Source of the DNA: Felis catus
Taxonomy: Eukaryota
Direction of reading: 5' to 3'
Length of the DNA: 64,000 nt
Assembly: GCF_018350175.1 (NCBI RefSeq)
Contig: NC_058373.1
Location: 102,612,001-102,676,000, forward strand
How positions within the stretch are numbered: position 1 is the first letter of the stretch; every line of letters starts with the position of its first letter. This document shows positions 38,590 through 50,394 of this stretch, piece by piece. A program made the translations under genes and the position numbers. The notes under the pieces are model-generated. The model was not told the origin of the DNA and searched no databases. It worked only from the letters and a program-made list of their open reading frames with translations.

Positions 38590-39490
38590 TGTCTGCAAAA
38601 ACTTTATTGTTTCCATTTGGTCCACAGCTTGGGAGAGAGCTCCAGGGTGGTTAAAAAGCTGCCTAGTGGCTGCAGGGAGAGGCTCTGGCACAAGCCCTGG
38701 CACCTGGGGGATGCCTGAGGGGCCTCTCAAAGGCTGCTGGTCTTGAGGCTCCTAGTTGTGCTTGAAGGTGAGCCTTTGGAAGAGATCTTCATCCAGCCCA
38801 GCCTAGAGGCAGTCAGCCTGCGAAGGTGAATCAGGTGGTCCCCATCTTCTTGATGTGCTTCACCTCCTCATCTAGGAAGTGGTTTTTCAGGAAGTCACAA
38901 AGATGGGGGTCTTCGTGGGCAGAATCCAAGATATGCAGATCCAAAAGGGCCTAGTTCAGGTTCTTCTCCAGAACCAGGGCAGCTTCCATGCCATCCAGGG
39001 TTTTACCCTACTCATCTTGGGACAGTTTCTGTACCTTCTGGAAGAGAGGACATGGTTGCCATGCTGGTTTGGCATCTTCGACAGAAGTTCAGTGCCCTCA
39101 ACCCTTCTCAGCCAACCCGAGGACAAAGGGGCCCACGCCCTCCAGAGCCACATCACGGTGCTCAAAAAAGAAGCCCAGAGAGAGGTAGGTGTAGGAGGTA
39201 TTCAGATGCATGTTGACCAGGCGGCTGACAGTGGACTCCACCTGGATGGAGTAATTCTGATGAATCTGGGAGTTCATGGTTGATCTGTAATAAAGAGCTA
39301 AGCTCAAAATAGGATGTTGGCTGGTTCTGGAGGTAGAGGGTGGCTAAGAAGATGGCTCTGATAAGGTTCTGACTGGAAAAAAAGGTTGGTTGGTGGTCGG
39401 GGGCTGGTAGAAGAGGCATCCCTGGGTTTGTTCCATCCAAACACCGTTGAAGCAAGAGACAGATCAGCAGGACCACTGGGCATACTGCCT
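38590..39490 (-). pseudogene. FTL: Ferritin light chain processed pseudogene (5' UTR with IRE, CDS 39277 to 38752, 3' UTR, AATAAA 38603-38608)
   Basis: [38 protein letters not shown]...DVALEGVG; C-terminus LFQRLTFKHN*; intronless, with frameshifts and in-frame stops. Confidence 0.96.
39428..39460 (-). promoter_or_regulatory. Iron-responsive element relic, loop CGGUGU
   Basis: Reverse complement gtctcttgcttcaaCGGTGTttggatggaacaa. Confidence 0.88.
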
Positions 39491-40032
39491 GAGTAAACCT
39501 ATTTTTAAGATGTGTGGAACATGTTTTGGAGTTCATTTTAAGTGGAATGTTAATACTCTTGGTGATGTAGAGAGTCACCCTCTAAAAAATACGTAATCTA
39601 AACTCTGGATCCAACCAGATAAGAATATACGTAAAGAATTAATAAGGATAAATAACGTTGGCAAGGAATATAGCCCTTCTGGTCCCTGAGAAGTTCTAGA
39701 GACCCCAAATCTTAGCAAACCCATTTTGTGAAGGAGCGTTACTAGGATCCAGCTAGAAAGTGAACTAAAGTAAGATAATCCAATCAGTTGATGTTGGTTT
39801 ATTAAATAGAATAAATAAGCCTTCCACATGTTGTTATCTGGGCTTCTGAGATCTCATTCATCAAATTTCTAACACAGGTAGCCCAGATTTGTATTCATGT
39901 TTCAATTTGAGGCCCAATTCTCATGATGATGATTCCTTATACCTGAGCTTTTCCAAGGTAAACAATTTAAAACAGGTGTGGCAGATATGACTATTTTACA
40001 AACTCAGGAAGCACAAGAAATATTGCACCTTC

Positions 40033-40114
40033 TACAGGATGAGCCATATGAAACTGATGTGTTTTAGGTTAAAAATGATCAAATATCAGCAATTTCATAT
40101 GCTTTACCCTAATA
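40033..40114. mobile_element. MADE2-like mariner MITE
   Basis: ~80 bp with inverted ends aggatgagccatatgaaa ... tttcatatgctttaccctaa. Confidence 0.75.
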
Positions 40115-41845
40115 CTTTTCTCTAAATCAATTTAATTCTATTTTGCACCTTCAGCTTGCCATATTGGCTGAAAAGATAACCTTAGCAGTTTGCAGCGTTC
40201 CTTTATACCTCCCTCTTTATCTGCTCCTGTCCTCTCTCCAACCTCCTCTCCTGCTTGAGAATATTTCAGAGTTTCTGGGTGAATGGGGAAGTGGGGAGAG
40301 GGAGAGAGTATCTGTTCGAGTAGATGCCCTTCTCTGTGTGCCTAGGCTATTCTTGGAGCATGGGAATCAAAAGAAGCTACCTAGGGATTTGTCTTCCTAG
40401 GCACGCTGGTCAGCAATTTCTTCTCTGAGGTCTTATTGTTTCCATAGTTGCACAGCTGTGAGTACAAAGGGGTTTCTAGATGACCATGCCAAGGCTTGCC
40501 ACAAAGGAAATGGATCACTGTCCACAGTACCTAGAACATCATAGGTACTCAGTACATATTGATTGAAGGAATAAATAAATGATCTGAAGTTGTCAACCTA
40601 AGCATACTAAGCAGAGTGAGCAGAAAAATAGCAATAACAAACACACAAAACTCTTACGGTGACAGGCATTGTTCTAACTGCTTTATATAATTATTCAGTT
40701 CTTGCAATGACCCTAAGACTTAGGTAACAGCAGAACTAAAGGATCTTCTCAAGCTTGTGGCAGCCCAAGCATGGAATCAAGGATGCTTTTCTAACTTTGT
40801 AGACAAGGAGATAGGTCTTCAGTGTGCTGGGTATTTCATTTAGCTTCAACACAGATTTTTGCCAGTGACATTTATCTATGATAGTTAAGATCACTAACAA
40901 ATCCCAGGCAACATTCTGGCTTGCAGCAGCCCACTGGCATCCCCGTCTGGCACACTTTGCAGGACTGGTCATGTGAGAGAGATAGCTAACAGCGACAATT
41001 GCTAGGTGATGAATGGCTAGAAGTAGGGCAGCTCGAAGCATGACAGGGACAAGGAATGCAATCAGGAAATGCTGACCTGGAACTTGGAGTGGGTTAAGTT
41101 GAGCTGTGATGGACGGAAGGCAGCAGCTGCACGTACAGCATGTTGGCACACACAAGTCTGAGAAGCACTGCTTAATTTGAATTGAAACAGGCGGCTTGAG
41201 AGGCAAGCAATGACTAGAGCCACAAACCAAAATACAAACCTTTCACTAATCTTTCCAACCATACCCACACTCTTGGGTAGTATTGTTTAGCATCATTCTT
41301 CAATCTGATGAAGATAAACATACAGATAAACAAACAAAAAAACCAAAAACATGATACAAGGCTATGGGCCCCGGGGCCATGCATTATGAGACTTCTGAAG
41401 GGGAAACAGGCAGAAGAGGCTCTGAACTGAGATCTAATGGGCACATTGGAGCTGATCTCCAAACAAAGGTTTCTGTTTAATTTTAGGAATGACAGTTCTA
41501 GAATGCTCTGATGTGCTTGTGTGCACAAGAGAAAAATATGGTTGGTTCCCTTTTTTTCACATCTCAAAGTCAAGGACTTCCTCTATTATTTTTCCCCTTC
41601 CCCATTGTGGTCATACTTCTTGTATCTTAGCCCAGGTCAGAGATCTGGGGCCACTGGGTGCCAGGAGACTCCACCCAGTAGCAACAGGACCCTGACCAGT
41701 CAGTGCTATGTTGGGTCCATGCTGTGTGGGCTCCACGTTGTTCTGGATGCACTTGCACCACTTACAAGAAGACACTTCATGTGTCCGTGACTATTGAGGC
41801 CTTGAATGAGACTTAAAATGGATGTTTAAAAATTAACTCCCTTTT

Positions 41846-42060
41846 AGGTACCTTGGTGGCTCAATTGGTTAAGTGTCTGACTCTTGATCTTGGCTCAGGT
41901 CATGATCTCAATGGTTTGTGAGATTGAGCCCTGGGTTGGGCTCTGCACTGACAGTGTGGAGCCTGCTTGGGATTCTCTTTCTTCCTCTTTCTCTGCTCCT
42001 CTCCTGCTCATGTACTCTCTCTCTCAAAAAATGAAACAAAACAAAAACGTAAAAAAAAAA
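41846..42060 (+). mobile_element. Can-SINE
   Basis: TSD aaaaattaactcccttt/aaaaattaacccgcttt. Confidence 0.9.
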
Positions 42061-42075
42061 AATTAACCCGCTTTT

Positions 42076-43560
42076 AGACACATGATTTGCAAATATTTTC
42101 TCCTATTCTGTAGGTTGTCTCTTCAGTCTGTTGATTGCTTCCTTTGCTGTACAGAAACTTTTCAGTTTGATGTAGTCCAACTTATTTACTTCTGCTTTTG
42201 TTGCCTGTGTTTTTGGTATGATACCAAGAAATCATTACCAAGACCAATGTCAAGGAGCTTTTCCTCTATACTTTTTTGGACAAGTTTTACAGTTGTAGGT
42301 CTTAAATTTAAGTCTTTAACCCATTTTGAGTTGAATTTTGTGTATGCTGTAAGGTAGGGGTCCAATTTCATTTTTTTTTTTTGCATGTGGATATCCAATT
42401 TTCCTAGCACTATTTATTGAAGAGATTGTCTTTTCTCTATTGTGTATTCTTTGCACTCTTGTCAAAAATCAATTGACTATAAATGTGTGGGTTTGTCTCT
42501 GTGTGGGAATGTCTCTATTCCATTCCATTGGTCTATCTATCTGTCTATACCAATACTATATTGTTTTATTACTGTAGCTTTCTAATATATTTTGAAATCA
42601 GAAAGTGTTAATATCTTCATCTTTGTTCTTCTTTATCAAGATTGCTTTAGCTATTTTGGGTCTTTTGTGGTTCCCTATGAATTTTAGGATTGTTTTCTGT
42701 ATTTCAGTAAAAAATATCATTGAAATTTTGATGGGGATAGCATTGACTCTGTACATCTCTTTGGGTAGTACAAACATTTTTAAAATATGAAGGCTTCTGG
42801 GGCGCCTGGGTGGCGCAGTCGGTTGGGCGTCCGACTTCAGCCAGGTCACGATCTCGTGCTCCGTGAGTTCGAGCCCCGCGTCAGGCTCTGGGCTGATGGC
42901 TCGGAGCCTGGAGCCTGTTTCCGATTCTGTGTCTCCCTCTCTCTCTGCCCCTCCCCCGTTCATGCTCTGTCTCTCTCTGTCCCAAAAATAAACGTTGAAA
43001 AAAAAAAATTAAAAAAAATATGAAGGCTTCTGACCATACAACTCAACAGCAGAAAAAAAACCCACAAATAATCTAATTTGAAAATGCACAGTGGTGCCTG
43101 GGTGGCTCAGTGATTAAGCGTCCGACTTCGGCTCCGGTTATGATCTCACAGTTCGTGAGTTCGAGCCTTGTGTCGGGCTCTGTACTGACAGCTCAGAGCC
43201 TGGAACCTGCTTCAGATTCTGTGTCTCCCTGTCTCTCTGCCCCTCCCCCTCTCACAATCTGTCTCTTTCTCTCTTAAAAATAAATAAACATTAAAAAAAT
43301 GCACAAAGGACTTAAACAGACATTTCTCCAAAGAAGATCTACAAATGGCCAACAGGTATATGAAAAGATGCTTTGGGTGCCTGGGTGACTCAGTTGGTAG
43401 AGCATTTGACTCTTGATCTCAGGGCCGTGAGTTCAAGCCCCATGTTGTGAGTAGAACTTATTTAAAAGAAGTATGCTTAACATCGTTAATTATTAGTAAA
43501 ATGCAAATCAAAACTACAAGGAGATACCACTTCACACCCAGTAGAATAGCTATAATAAAA
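42076..43560. mobile_element. L1 ORF2 fragment with internal inversion: 42076-42797 (-), 43032-43560 (+); three SINEs inserted (42799-43015, 43091-43295, 43374-43465)
   Basis: Minus ORFs KLDPYLTAYTKFNSKWVKDLN and [10 protein letters not shown]; plus part ggacttaaacagacatttctccaaagaagat; TSD aaaatatgaaggcttct for the young SINE. Confidence 0.85.
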
Positions 43561-43915
43561 TAGTATGTCTGCCTTTTTCTTTTAGAGTTGTAGGAGTTTT
43601 TTACTTATCCCAGATACAAATACTTTGTTGGATATGGGTACTGCAAATTTTTCTCCCAGCTCTACCCTGCATTTCACTCTTACTAAAATAAGTTCTTAAT
43701 TTTAATTAAGCATACTTTTTGTTCTTTTGTTTTATGCTTACGCTTTTTTCTACCTCAAGATTATGAAGATATTCTCCTATGTTTTCTTCTAAAAGTATTA
43801 TCTTACTTTTCATAGTTAAGGCTACAATCCATTTCAAATTAATTTTTGTGTGTCTAATGTGAAATAGGCATCACGTTTTCCTTGTCTAATTGATCCACTA
43901 CTGTTTACTGAAAGG
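43560..43915 (-). mobile_element. Old L1M fragment
   Basis: gaagatattctcctatgttttcttctaaaagt. Confidence 0.7.
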
Positions 43916-45799
43916 ACAGAATGCATAAAACTTAAACTATGGATATTATGTGAGGGATGGAAGGCAGTGGTATTCCAACATGAGAGATTGGGAGGCAGTG
44001 CCACAAAGAACAATACATGTAGGAGGAAGGAGTAAATCGGTCTGTTTGAGGTGGATATCTAACTTTAACATCCATAGTATTACCTATTAAAAATATTGAT
44101 TCCTGGGTATGCCCCGACTCCTGCCCCTCTCCCCATTCAGATCAGGAGGTCTGATGTAGATCACAAGTAATTTGTGAACTGCACTCTGAGAAATGCTGGT
44201 AAAGATATGCAGGAGCTGTATGTCTCTTTTCCAGATCATGCTGATATAATTACTTTATAAACTTTGTGGACTCGTGTCAATTTATAATACATTCCATTAT
44301 ACAGAAGTCAGACTCACAAATCTCTTTGAGATAAGCTTCCGTCTACATTGGACTCCCTGTAAACCTGCCGTGAGACAATGGCCTTAGATTCTTAGAATCC
44401 CCGTTGTCGAAACAGAGAAAGTCTGCAGAATACACTCTAAAATCCTTAGAAGGCCTTCTGTCTGTCTGCAAGGATCTATGAGGCACCACCTTAAAGTTCC
44501 CCGACTTTTAAAGGATCTTATAGCTCTAATCTAGAATTGGTTTCTGCTTTGGAGCCCTTTGAGAATTGTTTGCCACTTACAGTACAATCCCACAACTTGA
44601 TGCGACACGATTAACTACAGGATTTATGAGAAGAAACCAGAAAAAAAGTTGGGAGATCATTCAAATCTGATGCTGTTGTGTAATGCATCAGCTGTTGATT
44701 TAAACTCTTCTTAATAAAAACATTTTTTTTTCTTTCAGAGATATCTGTTATTTCTCTTTCCCCAATATTAAATAACTTCTGACAAAAGTATTTATAGAAC
44801 TTCGTCGGGTATTAATGCTTGGATCGGGGCTTTTTGCTCATCTTGACGTTGCATCCTCTACTGTCAGGCTAGGAGCTGAAAGGAGTTTAGTAATGTTGAC
44901 CCCCTACTCTTGTAATCTTGGTTTCTTTTCAATCTCCTGGACCAGTGGGAGTTCAGATATCCCATAATAGTCCCAATGCACTCAACAGGAGGAAATAAAG
45001 TCATAAAAGAATGAATTTTAAAGTCAAAGGAGGAAAAAAATGGTTAAAAAAATCTCTCTTTGTCTTTTAGCTGACAATAGAAATCTTTTTCTCCTGGCAA
45101 TTTCCCAGCAGGTAGATGCTGATAAGCCCTGGCATGAGTTTTGAAGCATGGTAAATATTTCTTGGTTGGTGTGTAAAATTCACAGTCATTGTTTCTGCAA
45201 ATTCTGCTCTTTCTTATTGTTGTCATCAGAAAGTTAGAACTGATTCATAAGAACATAATACAAAACTAATGATCTACCCTGTTATTTGGTTGAGAGTGGC
45301 ACCAAGGGAGATTTTGTGGGAAGGTATTGTTTTACCTTAGTTGTTGCTGACCTGAAATGAAATAAATCTTAATCTTGAGTTCTTCTCTGTGATTGGTGCT
45401 GTAAACCATGTCCATCTGCAAACTGATCTTTTGACAATCACTGATGTCATTACCCAGACACAATAGAAAATGAGACTGATGTTCAATACTTACAAGACCA
45501 GGGTCCCTCATCAACAAGCCCTCATTGAGTAGTGATTTTTGATGAGATGCTAACAAACACTGAGCTTTTTCTAGTTTTTGAAAGTGAGGGCTCACAATCG
45601 TTATACAGGCAAAAAATAAATTACTCACTGGATTAAATGTACAAGTTGTAATTTTTTGTCAGTTAAGGAAATGAATGCTTAATGAGCATGACAAATCATA
45701 AACTGAAACAAAAATAAAGAAGTTTAAATAACAGAGCACTGTAAGTGAACATGAAATGTTGGGTTTGGATGAGATGATTTCTATGGTTTCTTTCATACC

Positions 45800-45990
45800 T
45801 TTTTTTTTTTTAATGTGTATTTATTTTTGTGAGAGAGAAAGGCGGAGACAGAATATGAGGAGGAGAGGCAGAGAGAGAAGGAGACACAGAATCTGAAGCA
45901 AGCTCCAGGCTCGGAGCTGTCAGCACAGAGCCTGATGCGGGGCTTGAACTCATGAACCATGAGACCATGACCTGAACTAAAGTCTATGCT
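45800..45990 (-). mobile_element. Can-SINE lacking its extreme 5' end
   Basis: T-tract and core. Confidence 0.88.
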
Positions 45991-46377
45991 TTCCATAGCG
46001 CTGGAAAAATTAGATTAATGAGAATTCACAAAAAGGATAATGATCAAAGTAGTACATCCATGCCCTAGAAAATATGGGAAAATATGAGTGAAGAGCAAAC
46101 CTAAGCTGAAACGTGTGACTTCCAGGGCCTTCTCTTCAACTTGCCAAAGAAGCATCACTCTTTCCTCAAAGGCATGTACGTCACTGAAGATAATTGTGAG
46201 AAGTGAGTGAAAGTAGGGACAAGCCAATGTAACATTAAACATTTCTCTCTGGGATACTCAATAAGTCTGGCTGTCATCAAGGATATATTTTGGGAGGGTA
46301 GTGATGGATTTAGCCTGATATAAACAAGATCTACTCTAAAGCAATTTTACTGAATGCCTTCAGTGTCTCAGGGAAGT

Positions 46378-46495
46378 TAGTTGGGTAACCAACTGCCCCA
46401 GTTTGCCTAAGACTGAGGGTTTTTCTGGGATGTGAGACTTTGAGTGATAAAATTGGGAAAACTTCAAGCTAATTTGTAAAAGTTGGCCACTGTAG
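46378..46495. mobile_element. Short hAT MITE (MER81/MER94-like)
   Basis: gggtaaccaactgccccagtttgcc ... agttggccactgta inverted ends. Confidence 0.6.
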
Positions 46496-48407
46496 TTATG
46501 AGAGAACTAAGCTGAGGCCAGATCCCCTGGGTGCAGACCCATCACCCCGTCAGTAGAGTACATCCCACCTCTTATTCAGTGGCTTGTGAAAACACAAAAT
46601 CGCCAGATGGAAGCCTCAACTTGCAGTTCAAACTGAACTATGTCCTATAACTTGGTAGAAGCCTTCCTCCTCTGTGAGTTCAGACCTCTAGACCCGAAGA
46701 GATCAGAAGCAAAACTTTGTTAAGTAAATGATTAGGTATAATAACAAGAAAGTCTACCCTCACTTCTTCCCCTTGGTTTCTACACCTATATACTCTGTGG
46801 GGTAAAGAAAGGAGCCATAAATATTGTAGTTGATTCAGAATATATATTGTATCTCTTAGAAGAAGGACCCTAATGTTGCAAGGCATTGTCTCTCATTTGT
46901 CACCAAAACAGGGTATTTGATAGGCATTCCAATCATTCTATAATGTCGGCTTCTTCTGACAAATCCCTTGGGTCTTAGCCCATTGCCTCATTCTTTTTGC
47001 TGTGAAGTGATTTCTTTTGTCAGAACAATGTTGTCTGGGATTCGGTGACAGTGAATAGGAATTCGGTAAGTACATAGATGGTGGTGATGGCAGAAGCATT
47101 GCCTACAGGGAAGGCACATCCCTGTCTAGAATGAGTGTCTATTCCAGTGAGGACTAGTCACTGCTCCTTTGATGATGGAAGGTGTTCAATAGAATCACCT
47201 ATTGGTGGCTGCTATTCCATCCATGGTATGGTGCTGTGTACCAGGATTCAGTGTGGGTTTCTGCCAGTTGGTAGGCTGGGCACTTAGCAGTGGTAGTAGC
47301 TAGATTATTCTTGGTGAAAAGTCCACATGCTTGGACCCCTGCATAACCTCCATCCTTGCTTATCATGGCCATTTTATTCATGAGCTCATTTAAACAAATT
47401 TCAGGCTAGCTGAGGAAAGAGGTTGGTATACCCATAGTGGCTCATCTTGCTTGCCTGACTATAGAGGACTATAATCTTATGCCCTACATGAGCATTCACA
47501 TGGAAAAGAAATATCCCAAATATCCCTATATTCTATGTCTATTATTAAGTGGATATATCCACATGCCTCTTTCCTAAACTTCCTTGTTATCAGTTCTTCA
47601 GTCTTGTAACTTCTAGGTCACTAACCTCCAGCTCTTGAACCTGTGTAGCCCTAAATATATAATCACCTCTCCTTCCAGGCAAAGTGCACACCAGATATGT
47701 GGCTTCACTTTCTGCCCACTGGGAAGATTTATCCTCCCTATCATCCTTCACAGCCACCCTTGAATGGGGTTATGATTCTGTAGCAGTTGACTTTCAGCTG
47801 GTGCCCACATATTGTGTGGCTGCATCTCTAAACAAGGCTCAATTTTTTGCTTCCTTGATCAAGCAGAATTTTGTATGAGACCATAGGTGTGAGTGAAGGA
47901 GAGATGGCACTAGAGGAGATAGCATATTTATGTAACTCATTTATGCTTTCAGTGTCTGCTCAAGGTAGGTCTTGTATAAACCATATCTTTTTGGTGATGA
48001 GCATCCTTTCCCACATCTAAATTTATGGGTTGACCTAAGAGTTATCCAATTCATAATGGGCAGCTCAGGTCATCTTGTCACTTGGTGTTTCATGGACGGG
48101 TACTTGAACTCAATTAGGTCACAGTGGCATTCAGTATATACCAAAACCTGGAAGTCTGCACTATGATTCTTCTATTGAGACTTGCCAGAGGCTATATGTA
48201 GTATTCTCGTCCTATACCAATACCTCCATCATTATTGGATCTGCTGGGACATAAGGCTCAATTGGTGATAGAGTACAGAAGTCCTGGACAGAGTTATTTT
48301 TTGTTCTGGGCCCCACTCAAAGTTAGGAATCTAAATTATTCACTAAATTAGTTAGAGTGACTGACCCAAATGTGGTGTATATTGCTTTCAGAGTCCAAAG
48401 ATACCCA

Positions 48408-48822
48408 CAATGGTTACTTTTAGGTGTCAACTTGATTAAGCCACAGTATTCAGATATTTGGTTAGGCATTATTCTAGAGTATTCTGTAAAGGAGTTTTTA
48501 GGTGGAATTCACATTTAAATCAGCAGATTTTGGGTAAAGTTGATTATCCTCCATAACGTGGGTGAGACTACATATTCAGTTGAAGGTCTGAATAGAGTAA
48601 GCCTGACCCTTCTGGAAGGAAAGGAATTCTGCCAGTACTCTGCCTTGGGACTTGAACTGAAACACTGACTCTTCTCTGAGTCTTCATCCTGCCTGCCCAC
48701 CTATAAGATTTTGGACTTACCAGTTTCCACAATCACATGAGTTAAAGAATCACCCATTCTTTTTTTTTTTTAAGTTTATTTATTTATTTATTTTGAGAGA
48801 GAGAGAACACAAGTGGGAAAAG

Positions 48823-48872
<50 letters not shown>

Positions 48873-49160
48873 GGAAGGAAGGAAGGAAGGAAGGAAGGAA
48901 GGAAGGAAGGAAGGAAGGAAGGAAGGAAGGAAGGAAGGAAGAAAGAATCCTAAGCAGGCTCTGCACCACCAGCACGGAGTCTGACACAGGGCTCAAACCC
49001 ACGAACCATGAGATCATGACCTGAGCTGAAGTCGGATGCTTAACGAACTGAGCCACCCAGGCACCCCAAGAATCATCAATCCTTAAAATAAATCTCTCTC
49101 TCTCTCTAAATATATGTTACAACCTATTGGCTCTATTTCCCGAGAATGCTGACTGGTACA
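48408..49160 (+). mobile_element. MLT2 solo LTR containing a Can-SINE (48760-49067, -)
   Basis: atggttacttttaggtgtcaacttgattaag ... cctattggctctatttcccgagaatgctgactggtaca. Confidence 0.85.
48826..48940. repeat. Compound (GA)n-(GGAA)18 purine tract inside a SINE
   Basis: GGAA units at 48869-48940. Confidence 0.95.
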
Positions 49161-50169
49161 GATGCCTCTTACTTAGTGGTTGCAAAATACACCAACTTGG
49201 CCCTTGTTTGGGAATGCAGATTATAAGATGAAGGAGGAACTTCAAAGTGAGAAAATAAAGGGACAAGGCTGGAACCCCATGGGACAGCAACACAAAAGCA
49301 ATAGAGAAGATAAACTCGAAAAGGGGCTGAGAAGGAGTTTGAGGCTGTAGACAAGGAAAAGAGGAGGAAGGAGAGGCATGTGGGTAAGGTCACTGAAGTC
49401 AAGAAAAGAGAAGCATTTCCAGAATTGATCAGTGAATTAACAGTGGAGAGTTCATTGGTGACTTTGATGAGAAATGTTTCAGAACCCAGTTGTGGTTGCA
49501 GGAGCAGGTTACTGTAGTATGAGGAATAAGTGAAGGGGTAGTGAGAATACAGTCAATACAGTTAACTAACCAATACTCTTAACTAACCAATCAACCAACC
49601 AACCAACCAACCAGAAACCTGGCTTTGTAAAGGATGGGGTAGATGGGGTGGTCTGGAGTCTGAACTCCCCTTCCTCCTCCATTTGAGTGGAGAAAGCCCT
49701 GAATGCATGAATGGCTGACAGAGAGGGAAAGGTTGAAGATACAGACAGAAAGCATATTGCTGATTGAGTGAGACCTCTGAGAAGGCTGGGAGGGCTGACA
49801 TCCAGAGCTCTGTGTCATGAGAGTCGGCATCCAGAGGGATTATTCTACAGCCTTCACAGAATGATGATTTGCAATGGAGCTTGCAATCTGTTTACCTTGT
49901 CTCATAAATATAAAATTTCCAAAACAATATTTGGAAGTACCAAAAGGTGGCTTTTAAGAATTGTTGATTCAGATAAAAGGACATTGGTAAATTGGAGATG
50001 TGGTCAGAAATAAATGGAACAAAGCTGGGGAAGGTTAATTACAGAGCTGTCATACCATGGGAGGAAAAATACTGGGTAAGGACTGGCTGGGATCTACGAG
50101 TTATTACGAGGAGCTGAATATGAGCCAGCAAAGAGAAGTGTGGTTTCAAAAGCATTCTGGAAGACAAAA

Positions 50170-50394
50170 CTTTTTTTTAAAAAGTTTGTTTATTTTGAGA
50201 GAGAGAGAGAGAGAGAGAAAGAAACAGAGAGTGCGAGCAGGGGAGGGGCAGAAAGAGAGGGAGAGAGAGAATCTCAAGCAGGCTCCATGTTCAGCATGGA
50301 ACCTACTCGGGGCTCGATCTCATGACCTCAAGATCACCACCTGAGCTGATATCAAGAGTCTGACACTTAACCAACTGGGCCACCCAGGGGTCCC
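50170..50394 (-). mobile_element. Can-SINE
   Basis: Core and degenerate TSD ctggaagacaaaac/ctggagaacaaaat. Confidence 0.88.

Larger units (their letters stand above)
46550..49220 (-). mobile_element. ERVL internal pol relic, split by an MLT2 LTR
   Basis: Minus strand reads FEWGPEQ near 48300-48325 and VGIFGL*KQYTPHLG at 48363-48408; the preceding pol-like segment lies at 49161-49220. Confidence 0.8.

Noticed and set aside
38879..39283. 134-aa + strand ORF
   Set aside because: Antisense shadow of the FTL pseudogene
40736..41230. 164-aa minus-strand ORF
   Set aside because: Non-ATG start, no recognisable domain; ends resemble hAT termini (ctgagaagcactg), so probably an old transposon relic
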